Shown in pieces: positions 63,192 through 64,000 of a DNA stretch of 64,000 nt. The stretch covers positions 30,132,001 through 30,196,000 of the forward strand of contig NC_081377.1 of assembly GCF_030684315.1 (NCBI RefSeq). Direction: 5' to 3'. The DNA is from Stegostoma tigrinum (Eukaryota). The notes beneath the pieces were generated by a model. It was not told the DNA's origin. It worked only from the letters and a program-made list of their open reading frames with translations, and made no database searches. The translations under genes and the position numbers were made by a program. How positions within the stretch are numbered: position 1 is the stretch's first letter; each line of letters begins with the position of its first letter.

Positions 63192-64000
63192 TTCTTATTC
63201 ATTTGTGGGATGTGGGTGTCGCTGGCTGGACAGCATTTATTGCCCATCCCTAGTTACTCTTGAGAAGGTGGTAGTGAGCTGCCTTCTTGAACAACTGTAG
63301 TCCACCTGCTCTGGATTGACCCACATTTCCATTTTGGAGGGAATTCAGGGAATGCAGTGAAGGAACGGCAATATGTTTCCAAGTCAGTATCATGAGTGGC
63401 TTTGAAGGGAGCTTGTATCTGCTGTCTAGTCCTTCTAGATAAAAGTGGTTGTGGGTTTGGAAGGTGCTACCTAAGGATGTTTGGTGAATTTCTGCTGTGC
63501 ACCTTGTAGATGGTACCCACTGTTTTACTGAGCATCTGCGGTAGTGGGAGTCAATGCCTGTAGATATGGGGCTAATCAAATGGATTGCTTTGTCCTAAAT
63601 GGTGTCAGGCTACTTGAATGTTGTTGGAGCCACACCCTTCCAGGCAACTGTGGAGTATTCCATCACACATCTGACCTGTGCTTTGTAGATGTGGGCAGGC
63701 TTTGGGAGCCAGGAAGCGACTTATTAATCACAGTATTCATAACCTCTGACCTCCGCTTGGAGCCACTGTGGTTTTGTGGTGATTTCAGCTGAATTTCTGT
63801 TCAGTGATAACCCCCAGGATCTTGATAGTAAGGGATTCAGTAATGGTAACACCATTGAATATCAAGAAACGGTGGTTAGATTATCTCATATTGGAGATGG
63901 TCATTGCCTGGCATTTGTGCAGACTGAAAGTTACTTATCACTTGTTGTCCAGATCTTTTTGGATTTGAAAATGGACTGCTTCAGTATCTGAGGATTCGCG
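63192..64000 (-). mobile_element. Second copy of the same LINE family, tail-to-tail with the previous one; runs off the window
   Basis: Minus strand 3' end gggatgggcaataaatgctgtccagccagcgacacccacatccc; ORF relic 'RRCSVKQWVPSTRCTAEIHQ' colinear with 38100-38500. Confidence 0.8.

Overview
Eukaryotic (vertebrate) genomic DNA, not prokaryotic. The HE1-like and Deu-domain SINEs, CR1/L2 LINE relics and Penelope-like elements (PLEs) point to a cartilaginous fish, probably a shark (inference). Three protein-coding genes lie on the minus strand. (1) A complete 9-exon TRIM63/MuRF1 (CDS 60436->44705, 1050 nt, 349 aa). (2) A complete 8-exon SLC30A2/ZnT2 (CDS 32697->13338, 1161 nt, 386 aa) with a GC-AG intron 6. 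(3) The first coding exon of a diverged MED30-like gene (5860->5666); its later exons were not found and probably lie left of the window. All exon boundaries were read by hand and all phases join in frame. Highlights: (a) The MED30-like gene sits directly downstream of SLC30A2, mirroring the human SLC30A8-MED30-EXT1 block, so it looks like a retained whole-genome-duplication paralogue absent from the human SLC30A2 locus. (b) A 2.86-kb head-to-head (fold-back) Penelope insertion with a 16-bp TSD lies inside SLC30A2 intron 6. (c) Many short PLE-derived elements, often palindromic, from at least three families carry minimal hammerhead ribozyme cores and share an asymmetric-arm architecture. (d) Three 60-110-bp direct duplications spaced about 1 kb apart are unexplained. 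Repeat boundaries are approximate unless a TSD is given. No database search was possible; family and orthology calls rest on recalled motifs.
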